Source of the DNA: Xanthobacteraceae bacterium
Lineage (GTDB): Bacteria > Pseudomonadota > Alphaproteobacteria > Rhizobiales > Xanthobacteraceae
Assembly: GCA_049522435.1 (NCBI GenBank)
Contig: JBEKNW010000001.1
Span: forward strand, 25,001 to 89,000
Direction of reading: 5' to 3'
Length of the DNA stretch: 64,000 nucleotides
Within the stretch, counting starts at the first letter, position 1, and each line of letters opens with the position of its first letter. Below are positions 36,731 through 45,520 of this stretch, one piece after another. The notes under the pieces were generated by a model. The model made no database searches. It saw nothing but the letters and a program-made list of their open reading frames with translations, and was not told the origin of the DNA. The translations under genes were made by a program, and so were the position numbers.

Positions 36731-36833
36731 ATCGGGCAACGGCAATTATGAATGGTGAGTCTATGTTCATTTTTGTGTTGACTCAAGTCTCTACCGGTCG
36801 CCATATTTAAAAAACAGGATTGCGGACGGTGCG

Positions 36834-37859
36834 GTGCGATCCCGTCAAGCCCGCAGCAGCGAGGCGCGATTGACTCGATCCCAGGCGAAGCTTTCGGCAT
36901 CCGAGCTGCTGCAGCTGTATGCCGGCATGAGGCTGGTCCGCGAAGTGGAACAGCGCCTGTCCGGGCTGTTCAGTGACGGGGAGATTCCCGGCTTCATTCA
37001 TCTTTCGATCGGTCAGGAGGCGGTTCCGATCGGAATCGTGGCCGCGCTGCAGCCGGGCGACACGCTTGCTTCGAATCATCGCGGCCATGGCCATGCGATC
37101 GCCAAGGGGCTCGATCTTTCGCGGTTCTTCCTGGAAATCCTCGGCCGGCGCGAAGGCTATTGCCGTGGCCGCGGCGGCTCCATGCATGTGGCGGACATGT
37201 CGGTTGGGATGCTCGGCGCCAACGGCATCGTGGGGGCGGGCCTCCCAATCGCGGTTGGCAGCGCGCTCGCTCATCAGCTGCGCAAGAATGGAAACATCGC
37301 CTCCGTGTTCTTTGGCGATGGCGCGCTAGCCGAAGGAGTACTCCATGAAAGCTTCAATCTGGCCGCGTTGTGGAGGCTTCCCGTCCTCTTCGTCTGCGAG
37401 AACAATGGCTGGTCCGAATTCTCGCCCGCCTCGCGCCAGATAGCCGCGGAAGCGCCGGGCCTTGCCCGCGCCTTTGGCATCGGAACTGAGACCGTGGACG
37501 GAAATGACGTCGTAGCCGTTCGCGCCGCTGCCCTCGCCGCAGTCGGACGAATCCGCGACGGCGACGGCCCGTTCCTGATCGAATGCAAGACCACAAGAAT
37601 ACGCGGCCATTTTGAAGGCGATCCTCAGAAGTATCGCGACGCGGCCGACCTCGAGGCGGCCGGGCGCAAGGATCCGATCAAGCGCGCCGAAGAAACGCTG
37701 CGCAAGATGGGCGTGTCGGAGGCCGATATCGCCGCCGCCGCGGACACGGCAGCGCGCCGCGTCGACGAGGCCGTCGCGATCGGGCGTGCCGGCACGTCGC
37801 CAATTCCCTCCGAGGCTCTGGCCGATGTCTATGCGAAGGTTGCGGAGGCGCGTCGATGA
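36834..37859 (+). CDS. Thiamine-diphosphate-dependent 2-oxoacid (pyruvate/acetoin/branched-chain type) dehydrogenase E1 alpha subunit
   Basis: TPP-binding motif FFGDGALAEGVLHESFNLAALWRLPVLFVCENNGWS. GTG start. Confidence 0.85.
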   Translation: MRSRQARSSEARLTRSQAKLSASELLQLYAGMRLVREVEQRLSGLFSDGEIPGFIHLSIGQEAVPIGIVAALQPGDTLASNHRGHGHAIAKGLDLSRFFLEILGRREGYCRGRGGSMHVADMSVGMLGANGIVGAGLPIAVGSALAHQLRKNGNIASVFFGDGALAEGVLHESFNLAALWRLPVLFVCENNGWSEFSPASRQIAAEAPGLARAFGIGTETVDGNDVVAVRAAALAAVGRIRDGDGPFLIECKTTRIRGHFEGDPQKYRDAADLEAAGRKDPIKRAEETLRKMGVSEADIAAAADTAARRVDEAVAIGRAGTSPIPSEALADVYAKVAEARR

Positions 37860-38830
37860 CCGAGGTCAGGTTCGGGCAAGCCGTCAACCGCGCGCTCGCC
37901 GATGCGATGGCGCAGGACCAAGCGGTGGTGCTCCTCGGCGAGGACGTGGCCGCCGCAGGAGGCCCCTTCGGCGTCACGCGCGGTCTTCTCGACCGCTTCG
38001 GCCCGGAACGGGTGCGCGACACGCCCATATCGGAGGCTGCCATCGTCGGCGCGGCGGTCGGCGCGGCGATGTCTGGCCTGCGGCCGGTCGTCGAGATCAT
38101 GTTCATGGATTTCGTGACGCTCGCCATGGATGCTCTGGTCAACCAGGCTGCCAAGGCGCGCTTTATGTTCGGCGGGCAAGTGTCCGTGCCGATCGTCGTG
38201 CGCATGCCGCACGGGGGCGGCATCAACGCCGGCCCGCAGCATTCGCAGTGCCTCGAAGCTTGGCTTGCCCATGTCCCCGGCCTCAAGGTCGTATGTCCAG
38301 CAAACGTGGCGGATGCCTATGCGCTTCTGCGCGCCGCGATCGACGACGACGATCCGGTGATCGTCATCGAGAACAAGGCTCTTTATGCGACCAAGGGCGA
38401 ATTGCCTGAGCCGAAACCTTCTGCGTCGATCGGGCAGGCGCGAATTGCAAGGCCGGGCCAAGACATTACCATCGTAACCTATGGCGCGATGGTGACAGTT
38501 GCTCTCGCCGCCGCGACCGAGCTCGAAAAAGAAGGCATCAACGCCGAGGTGATCGATCTGCGGAGCCTGCAGCCTTGGGATGAAACCGCGGTCTTGGAAT
38601 CGCTTTCTCGAACCCACCGCGTGGTCGTTTGTCACGAGGCTGTGGAGGCATTTGGCACCGGCGCCGAGATCGTCGCACGGCTGGCCGACATCGGATTCGA
38701 CGAACTCGACGGCCCCTTGGTCCGCGTCGGCGCGCCCTTTATGCCGCCGCCTTTCGCCAAGACGTTGGAAGACTGGTTCCGGCCCGACCCCGCGCGCGTG
38801 ATCGCGGCGGTGAAGCGGGCGATCGGGTGA
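37856..38830 (+). CDS. 2-oxoacid dehydrogenase E1 beta subunit
   Basis: VVLLGEDVAAAGGPFGVTRGLLDRFGPERVRDTPISEAAIVGAAVGAAMSGLRPVVEIMFMDF. The start overlaps the E1 alpha stop. Confidence 0.9.
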   Translation: MTEVRFGQAVNRALADAMAQDQAVVLLGEDVAAAGGPFGVTRGLLDRFGPERVRDTPISEAAIVGAAVGAAMSGLRPVVEIMFMDFVTLAMDALVNQAAKARFMFGGQVSVPIVVRMPHGGGINAGPQHSQCLEAWLAHVPGLKVVCPANVADAYALLRAAIDDDDPVIVIENKALYATKGELPEPKPSASIGQARIARPGQDITIVTYGAMVTVALAAATELEKEGINAEVIDLRSLQPWDETAVLESLSRTHRVVVCHEAVEAFGTGAEIVARLADIGFDELDGPLVRVGAPFMPPPFAKTLEDWFRPDPARVIAAVKRAIG

Positions 38831-38843
38831 GGGGAGGATCAAT

Positions 38844-39626
38844 ATGTCTGAGCGCGTCCTGGTGGAGAGTACCGATCATATTGCCGTCCTGACCATCAAT
38901 CGGCCGCAGGCGCTCAATGCCCTCGATGTACCAACCCTGCTCGAGCTCGAAGCCGCTTTCGAACAGCTCGAACGCGACGACGATGTTCGCGTCATCATCT
39001 TCACCGGCGCCGGCGACCGCGCCTTCGTGGCAGGAGGCGATATCGCTGATCTGAACTCGCGCAACGGCCTGGCGCATTACCGAGAATTCGCCGAAGTCGT
39101 GCATCGCGTTTTCCGGCGCATCGAGATTTGCGACAAGCCAACGATCGCTGCCGTCAATGGCTACGCGCTCGGCGGCGGCACCGAGCTCATTCTGGCGACT
39201 GACATCCGTATTCTCGCCGACACCGCCCGCCTCGGCCTTCCTGAAATTACGCTCGGCCTGTTTCCCGGCGCTGGCGGGACGCAGCGGATCATTCGGCAGG
39301 TGCCGCCCTGCCGCGCCAAGGAGATCATGTTCACGGGCGAGCAGATATCCGCTGCGGAGGCAGTCGCGATCGGGCTTGCGAACAAGGTGGTGCCGAAGGA
39401 GAGCGTTCTGACCGAGGCGCGCGGCCTCGCAGCGAAGATCGCGGCCAAGAGCCCGCTGGTGCTAAAATTACTCAAGCGGACGCTGATCAACGGCGCCGAC
39501 ATGCCGCTGTCGGCTGCGCTTCCTTACGAGCAGAGCATGATCGGTCTCGTGCTCGACACCAGTGATGCGCACGAGGGCTGCACGGCATTCCTCGAAAAAC
39601 GATTGCCGACATTTACCGGACGCTGA
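38844..39626 (+). CDS. Enoyl-CoA hydratase/isomerase (crotonase) family protein
   Basis: FVAGGDIADL and GYALGGGTELILATDIRILADTARLGLPEITLGLFPGAGGTQR, the oxyanion-hole and catalytic Glu region. Confidence 0.9.
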   Translation: MSERVLVESTDHIAVLTINRPQALNALDVPTLLELEAAFEQLERDDDVRVIIFTGAGDRAFVAGGDIADLNSRNGLAHYREFAEVVHRVFRRIEICDKPTIAAVNGYALGGGTELILATDIRILADTARLGLPEITLGLFPGAGGTQRIIRQVPPCRAKEIMFTGEQISAAEAVAIGLANKVVPKESVLTEARGLAAKIAAKSPLVLKLLKRTLINGADMPLSAALPYEQSMIGLVLDTSDAHEGCTAFLEKRLPTFTGR

Positions 39627-39630
39627 CGCC

Positions 39631-40731
39631 ATGACCGCGACGGATTTCGTCATGCCGAAGCTCGGGCTGACGATGACCGAGGGCACGATCGCGCGCTGGA
39701 GCGTCGCACCGGGCAGCCATTTTGAGGCCGGCGACGTCATCGTCGTCGTCGAGACCGACAAGATTGCTTACGACGTCGAAGCACCGGCTCCCGGTATTCT
39801 TCACGCGGTCCTGGTTTCCGAAGGCAATGCAGTTCCAGTTGGCACGCCGATAGGGCGATGGGAGGTCGGTGACGTCGAAGTCTCCCTTGACGCACCGGCG
39901 GAGGCTGAACCTGTGGTCGACGAACCCGCTGCTCCGCCGCGCATTGGTTCGGAAGAAATGCGTATTCCGGCAACGACGCCGTCCGCAGGCGACGGCGAAC
40001 GTATCCTGGCAACGCCTTATGCGCGGCGGCTGGCCCGGGAAGCAAGCATCGATCTTCGTTCGGTCAACGGCAGTGGCCCGCGCGGCCGGATCAAGGCGGC
40101 GGACGTCAATCGGGCAATCGCAGCGCGCGGATCCCGCGCTGTGGCGCCAGCGCACGGCCCCGTCGCCGAGCAGTCGCGGACCGCCGTGATTACCGCTGGC
40201 GCTGAGGTCGACATCACGCGACTTCTCACGCTCAATGCGGACATCAATCGGGGCGTGCCGACCTTGCACGCCGAACTCGTGCATTATGTTGCTCTGGCCG
40301 CCTCGCGGGCATTAAATATCGCCCCCGATCAATTGGTCATCGGGCTGGCACGGGGCCGCGATGGAGCGGCGGGAATGGCCAGCATGCTCAGAAAGGACGA
40401 CTGCCGGAGCCTCGGCGGCATCGTCGCCCGCATCGAGAGTAGTACCGCGGCTGACGCATCGTCGCCGCCTGGCACTCTTTGGATCGACCGCGCGCAGGAG
40501 GGCATTTCCTTCTTCTCGGCCGATCCGCCAGCCGGATGGCCGGCTTCAATCAGCGTCGGTTCAGTACGAAGTGAATTTCGCCCTGACCCCGAAGGCCAGC
40601 CGGTACGTGCGACCGCGGCCACTCTCGTGCTCGCGTGCCGTGCCGGGGAGTTCGACCCCGCTTCGACGCAGAGCTTGTTGGGCCGAATCCGCGCGCTGCT
40701 CGAAACCCCCCTCCTTCTCCTCGCTAGCTGA
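39631..40731 (+). CDS. Dihydrolipoamide acyltransferase (E2)-like protein: lipoyl domain, E1/E3-binding domain and a shortened, degenerate catalytic domain
   Basis: FVMPKLGLTMTEGTIARW...VVVETDKIAYDVEAP contains the lipoyl-Lys. LATPYARRLAREASIDLRSVNGSGPRGRIKAADV is the binding domain (PSBD). The C-terminal ~180 aa lack the DHRxxDG motif; the aligned stretch reads LVLACRAGEFDPA. Confidence 0.75.
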   Translation: MTATDFVMPKLGLTMTEGTIARWSVAPGSHFEAGDVIVVVETDKIAYDVEAPAPGILHAVLVSEGNAVPVGTPIGRWEVGDVEVSLDAPAEAEPVVDEPAAPPRIGSEEMRIPATTPSAGDGERILATPYARRLAREASIDLRSVNGSGPRGRIKAADVNRAIAARGSRAVAPAHGPVAEQSRTAVITAGAEVDITRLLTLNADINRGVPTLHAELVHYVALAASRALNIAPDQLVIGLARGRDGAAGMASMLRKDDCRSLGGIVARIESSTAADASSPPGTLWIDRAQEGISFFSADPPAGWPASISVGSVRSEFRPDPEGQPVRATAATLVLACRAGEFDPASTQSLLGRIRALLETPLLLLAS

Positions 40732-40745
40732 ATATAGGTGCGCCC

Positions 40746-41918
40746 ATGGATTTCCTTTTGTCAGAAGACCAAAAAATGATTGCGGAGACGGCGCGCAAGG
40801 TCGGGGATCAGTTCGGGCTCGACTATTGGCGCGATCTCGACGCCAAGAAGAGTTTTCCGGCCGAATTCTGGGGCGCGGTCTGCAAAGCAGGATTGTGCGG
40901 CGTCGCGCTTCCCGAACAGTACGGGGGGGCCGGCCTGGGAATGCTGGAAATGGCTTTGATCGTGGAGACCCTCGCAGCCTGCGGCGGCGGCTCGACGGTT
41001 GGCCAGCTATTCATGGTCAATCCGATCTTCGGAGGGGTCTCCATTGCGCGTTTCGGCTCCGCGGCCATGAAGTCCGAGCTGCTGCCCAAGCTGGTGGCAG
41101 GGGAGATCAATTGCTGCATGGCGTTGACCGAGCCCGATTCGGGTTCTAACAGTCTCGAAATAAAGACCTTCGCGACGCGGGAAGGCAACGGCTGGCGTCT
41201 CAACGGCCGCAAGATCTGGATTACCGCCGTCGATGCCGCGCAGAAAATGCTCGTCATCGCGCGAACTACGAAGGCGCAGGAAGTCAAGCGCCGCACCGAC
41301 GGCCTTTCGATGTTCATTATCGACGTGGAGCGCAAAGGCCTGACCTTCACGCCGATCGATAAGCTCGGCACCAACACCTTGTCTTCGTGCAGCGTCTTTT
41401 TCGAGGACGTGCGTGTCGACGGCGGCGAATTGGTCGGCACGCTCGACCAGGGCTGGCATGAGCTGCTCGATGTGCTCAACACCGAGCGGATCGTGACAAC
41501 CGCTGGTTTGGTGGGGGCCGGCGATCTTGCTCTTCGCCAGGCCGTCGCCTATGCGAACGAGCGGCGCGTCTTCGGCAATAAGCCGATCGGAACTTATCAG
41601 GGAATCCAGTTTCCCCTCGCCCAGTCATTTGCCGAGATCGAATGCGCAAGATTGATGAACTACAAAGCGGCGGCGCTGTTCGACAAAGGCCTGCCTTACG
41701 GATCGGAGGCGAACACCGCCAAGCTCATTGCTTCCCAGGCAGCCTCGACCGCAATTGAGAATGCGATGCAAACGCTCGGCGGAATGGGATACGCCAAAGA
41801 GATGCACCTTGAACGGTTGTGGCGTGACGCACGCCTATTCCGCTTCGCCCCGATCTCCGAGCAGATGATTCTCAATTTCATTGCCATGCAGAATCTTGGA
41901 TTGCCGCGGTCTTACTGA
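40746..41918 (+). CDS. Acyl-CoA dehydrogenase
   Basis: 390 aa. CMALTEPDSGSNS, and the C-terminal IYQGIQ...LGGMGYAKEMHLERLWRDARLFRFAPISEQM pattern. Confidence 0.9.
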   Translation: MDFLLSEDQKMIAETARKVGDQFGLDYWRDLDAKKSFPAEFWGAVCKAGLCGVALPEQYGGAGLGMLEMALIVETLAACGGGSTVGQLFMVNPIFGGVSIARFGSAAMKSELLPKLVAGEINCCMALTEPDSGSNSLEIKTFATREGNGWRLNGRKIWITAVDAAQKMLVIARTTKAQEVKRRTDGLSMFIIDVERKGLTFTPIDKLGTNTLSSCSVFFEDVRVDGGELVGTLDQGWHELLDVLNTERIVTTAGLVGAGDLALRQAVAYANERRVFGNKPIGTYQGIQFPLAQSFAEIECARLMNYKAAALFDKGLPYGSEANTAKLIASQAASTAIENAMQTLGGMGYAKEMHLERLWRDARLFRFAPISEQMILNFIAMQNLGLPRSY

Positions 41919-41939
41919 GGCGGCGCGAGGTGCCAACCG

Positions 41940-43427
41940 ATGATGAATCTATCAAGCTTCATTCGCTTCCATGCCATGCGGACACCGCAGCGAATTGCCG
42001 TCGTTTTCAAAGATCAACACATCACTTTTGCTGAGCTGTTGCATCGCATCGAGAAAACCGCAGGTTATCTCGCGGCGCAGGGCATAAGGCCTGACGACGT
42101 TGTCGCCGTTGTGATGAAGAACAGTGCAGCTTTTCTTGAACTTGCATTTGCTGTCAGTCATCTCGGTGCGGTATTTTTGCCCATCAATTTTCGCCTTGCT
42201 GCTGACGAGGTCGAGTACATCACCGGAAACGCGGAGGCGAAACTTGTGTTCGCGGATGCGGAATTCGCGGCCGCCGTTGAAAACATCCGGTCGACAATCC
42301 TCCTGGACGACGCGGCCCAGGACGACACCACCACTATTTCGGGGGACCATCCGCCAGCGCCAATGCATGTGCGAAAACCGGACGAACTGTTCCGCCTGAT
42401 GTACACGTCCGGCACGACCGATCGGCCGAAAGGGGTGATGCACACCTACGATAATTTCTACTGGAAATGCATCGATCATGTAATTGCGCTTGGGCTTAAT
42501 CAGGATGACCGCTTACTTGTGACAGGTCCGCTCTACCACGTGGGTGCATTCGACTTGCCAGGCGTCGCAGTGCTGTGGGTCGGAGGGATGCTTTGTATCC
42601 ACCGCGATTTCAACGTCGAGCGCGTGCTGAACTCAATTGCCACTGAGAAGCTTACGAGTGCCTGGCTTGCGCCCGTCATGCTGGGCGCCATTTTGGCTCA
42701 TCCGGATCGTGCGGCTTTCGACGTCTCGAGCTTACGTTGGGTCATTGGCGGCGGTGAGCGGACGCCAGAATCGCGGATCCGCCAGTTCTTCGAATATTTC
42801 ACGCAGGGCCGATACATTGATGCGTACGGGCTGACCGAATCGGGTAGCGGCGACACGTTCATGGAGGCGGGTCGCGAGATCGAGAAGATTGGATCGGTGG
42901 GGCGCGCGCTCGCACATGTCGAAGTCGCAATTTGCAATCCACAAGGACACCATCTGCCGGCCGGCGAGCCCGGGGAGATCTGCTTACGCGGGCCGAAGAT
43001 CACGCGAGGTTATTGGCGAGATGCGAAGAAAACGGCGGCTTGTTTCCACGGCGACTGGTTCCGCACCGGGGATGTCGGCTATCTCGACGAGGAGGGATTC
43101 CTCTATCTCACGGATCGCGTGAAGGACATGATCATCTCGGGTGGCGAGAACATCGCCTCTTCCGAAGTCGAGCGTGTCGTCTATCAGATGCCGCAAGTTC
43201 GCGAAGCGGCCGTCATCGGCCTGCCCGACGAAAAATGGGGGGAGCGTCCGGTCGTAGTGGCCGCGCTCAATGTCGGGCATAGCCTCGATTACGAGACGCT
43301 GGCAAAGCATTGTCGCGCGCACCTCGCAGGCTTCAAGGTACCGAAGCAATTGATTCTGCGGGAGCAGTTGCCGCGCAATCCCTCGGGCAAGGTGTTGAAG
43401 CGCCTGTTGCGGGATGAGCTCAAGTAG
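41940..43427 (+). CDS. AMP-dependent acyl-CoA synthetase/ligase
   Basis: LMYTSGTTDRPKGV (AMP-binding motif), YGLTES, GDVGYLDEEGFLYLTDRVKDMI, and the C-terminal LPRNPSGKVLKRLLR. Confidence 0.9.
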   Translation: MMNLSSFIRFHAMRTPQRIAVVFKDQHITFAELLHRIEKTAGYLAAQGIRPDDVVAVVMKNSAAFLELAFAVSHLGAVFLPINFRLAADEVEYITGNAEAKLVFADAEFAAAVENIRSTILLDDAAQDDTTTISGDHPPAPMHVRKPDELFRLMYTSGTTDRPKGVMHTYDNFYWKCIDHVIALGLNQDDRLLVTGPLYHVGAFDLPGVAVLWVGGMLCIHRDFNVERVLNSIATEKLTSAWLAPVMLGAILAHPDRAAFDVSSLRWVIGGGERTPESRIRQFFEYFTQGRYIDAYGLTESGSGDTFMEAGREIEKIGSVGRALAHVEVAICNPQGHHLPAGEPGEICLRGPKITRGYWRDAKKTAACFHGDWFRTGDVGYLDEEGFLYLTDRVKDMIISGGENIASSEVERVVYQMPQVREAAVIGLPDEKWGERPVVVAALNVGHSLDYETLAKHCRAHLAGFKVPKQLILREQLPRNPSGKVLKRLLRDELK

Positions 43428-43490
43428 GACTTGACCGGTGTAGTTGGCCGAAATCCTGACAAACATTGGCTGGAGCGATGAGCGAGCTTC

Positions 43491-44378
43491 TCAGCTTCCG
43501 CGGTAGGTGGAATAGGACCACGGCGTGACCAAGAGCGGCACGTGGTATTCGCCTTCGGGCTCGGCGACCGCAAAGCGCACCGGCACGATGTCGAGAAACG
43601 GCGGATCGGACACCGGTGCGCGCTGGCGCGCAAAATAGTCGCCGACGGTAAAGCGCAATTCGTAAATAGCGATCGGAATCGGCATGCCGGCAATCAGGGG
43701 CCGCTCCGTGCGTCCGTCGGCATTGGTCACGGCGCGTTCGATGATGCGCGAGGTGCCGCCGGCCCCGATTTCGCAGAGCTCGACCGCAACCCCCGCCGCA
43801 GGACGGCCGGAATGAATATCGAGCACATGCGTTGACAGCCGTCCATGCACCTTGAGACGATCGGGCGCCGCGACCCGTTGATCGAGCCGTAGCGCGGCGA
43901 TGCGAAGGATTTCGGCGAGCGCCGTCTCCCGCTCGGTCCTCGGATCGTTCCGCAGCCGCCGCTCGAACTCCCGCAGGATCGAATCCTTGCCGTGGCGACG
44001 CACGCACACGATAAAGGGCATGCCGAACTTCGAACGGTAGGTATCGTTCTGGCGGTGAAAGGTCGCGAATTCGTCCTCGCTCAGGCGATCGAGCCCCGCG
44101 CCGGCCTGTTCGGCTGTGGAGTCCGCGCTGAGTTTGCGCTCGCGCGCGGCTTTTCCGGCCAGATCGGGATGGCCGTTGATGAGCGCGCGCTTGCGGTCGT
44201 CACCAGCGCCGCGCACCGCGTCGATCATGGCCTGATTGAGCGCCGCCAAGCTGGCAAATGGCCGCTCCGCATAGGCTACTTCCGCAACCCAAGGCGCATG
44301 CTCCATCACGTCGCCCAAAGCGGCGATGAACGTCTGCTGGTCAGCGGAGTTGAGAGTGTCGAGCGGAACGGGATTCAT
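43491..44378 (-). CDS. Bifunctional OHCU decarboxylase / 5-hydroxyisourate hydrolase ('allantoin synthase'-type fusion)
   Basis: The N-terminal half (NSADQQTFIAALGDVMEHAPWVAE...HPDLAG) is UraD-like. The C-terminal half (LSTHVLDIHSGRPAAGVAVEL...YHVPLLVTPWSYSTYRGS) is transthyretin-like HIUase with the terminal YRGS tetrapeptide. Confidence 0.85.
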   Translation of the reverse strand: MNPVPLDTLNSADQQTFIAALGDVMEHAPWVAEVAYAERPFASLAALNQAMIDAVRGAGDDRKRALINGHPDLAGKAARERKLSADSTAEQAGAGLDRLSEDEFATFHRQNDTYRSKFGMPFIVCVRRHGKDSILREFERRLRNDPRTERETALAEILRIAALRLDQRVAAPDRLKVHGRLSTHVLDIHSGRPAAGVAVELCEIGAGGTSRIIERAVTNADGRTERPLIAGMPIPIAIYELRFTVGDYFARQRAPVSDPPFLDIVPVRFAVAEPEGEYHVPLLVTPWSYSTYRGS

Positions 44379-44393
44379 GCGGACGATCGAGCC

Positions 44394-45338
44394 TCACGCA
44401 ATCATCGGAGCGTCGGCGCAGAGATCGCGGTGCTCGCGGTGCCAGTGGCGCGCGATGTCGAGCCGCGTCGCGATCCAGATACGATCGAACCCGCCGATGT
44501 AATCGAGAAAGCGCGCCAGCCCTGCCGCGCGGCCGGGACGGCCGGCGAGGCGGCAATGCAGCCCGACCGACATCATTTTCGGCGCACGTTCGCCTTCGCT
44601 GTAGAGAAGGTCGAAGCTGTCGCGCAAATAGGCGAAGAAATCCTCGCCATTGGTGAAACCCTGCGGGTTGATGAAACGCATGTCGTTGGCGTCGAGCGTG
44701 TAGGGAATGATGAGGTGCGGCGCCTTTTTTGGCCCGTTCACCCAATAGGGCAGATCGTCGGCATAGGAATCGGAAGAATAGAGGAAGCCGCCGTCGGCGA
44801 GCACGAGCTTGAGCGTGTGCTCCGAGCTGCGGCCGGTGTACCAACCCAAAGGCCGTTCCCCGGTCGCTTCGGTGTGCAGGCGGATCGCCTCGCGCATATG
44901 CGCGGCTTCCTCGGTTTGCGAAAAGTCCTTGTAGTCGATCCATTTCAGGCCGTGGCACGCAATCTCCCAGCCGGCTTCGCGCATTGCGGCAACCGCCTGC
45001 GGGTTGCGGGCGAGCGCGGTCGCCACCGCGAAAACGGTCACCGGAATGTTGCGCGTGTTGAACAACCGCCACAATCGCCAAAATCCGGCGCGTGAGCCGT
45101 ATTCGAACATCGATTCCACGTTCATGTGCCGCTGGCCGGGCCACGGCGCGGCTCGCAGCACGTCCGAGAGGAAGGCTTCGGACGCGGCATCGCCGTGCAG
45201 GATCGAGCTCTCGCCGCCCTCCTCGAAATTCACCACGAACTGGACCGCAACACGCGCGCCGCCGGGCCAGCGCGGATCGGGCGGCGTGCGGCCATAGCCG
45301 AGGAGATCGCGTGGATAATCGCTGAACGGTGAGGACAT
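44394..45338 (-). CDS. puuE: Allantoinase, PuuE type (polysaccharide deacetylase fold)
   Basis: MSSPFSDYPRDLLGYGRTPPDPRWPGGARVAVQFVVNFEEGGE... is the typical PuuE N-terminus. Lies 15 nt upstream of the uraD-hiuH fusion. Confidence 0.8.
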   Translation of the reverse strand: MSSPFSDYPRDLLGYGRTPPDPRWPGGARVAVQFVVNFEEGGESSILHGDAASEAFLSDVLRAAPWPGQRHMNVESMFEYGSRAGFWRLWRLFNTRNIPVTVFAVATALARNPQAVAAMREAGWEIACHGLKWIDYKDFSQTEEAAHMREAIRLHTEATGERPLGWYTGRSSEHTLKLVLADGGFLYSSDSYADDLPYWVNGPKKAPHLIIPYTLDANDMRFINPQGFTNGEDFFAYLRDSFDLLYSEGERAPKMMSVGLHCRLAGRPGRAAGLARFLDYIGGFDRIWIATRLDIARHWHREHRDLCADAPMIA

Positions 45339-45520
45339 CGCGGCTCTCACTGTGCCCTAAGGAGCCCGTGCGCCGGCAAGCAGGGCGGAGAGGGTGACAA
45401 AAGCACCATGGCAGAGGGCCGGCGGGGTCTTCAAGTATCCACCAATTGACCGCGCCTGACGATGCCGCCATTAAGTCGGAACTTAAGGAACATCATGCGG
45501 TGACAAAAACAGTGGACCAG

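Noticed and set aside
37612-38842. ORFs 37612..38409 (+) and 37829..38842 (-) overlapping the E1 alpha/beta genes
   Set aside because: These are shadow frames. The E1 beta frame is unambiguous.
43992-45095. 367-aa plus-strand ORF, together with the 376-aa minus-strand ORF 44341..45471, overlapping the uraD-hiuH and puuE genes
   Set aside because: Both are alternative-frame or antisense shadows of clearly identifiable genes. Their sequences are Arg/Pro-rich with no family signatures.
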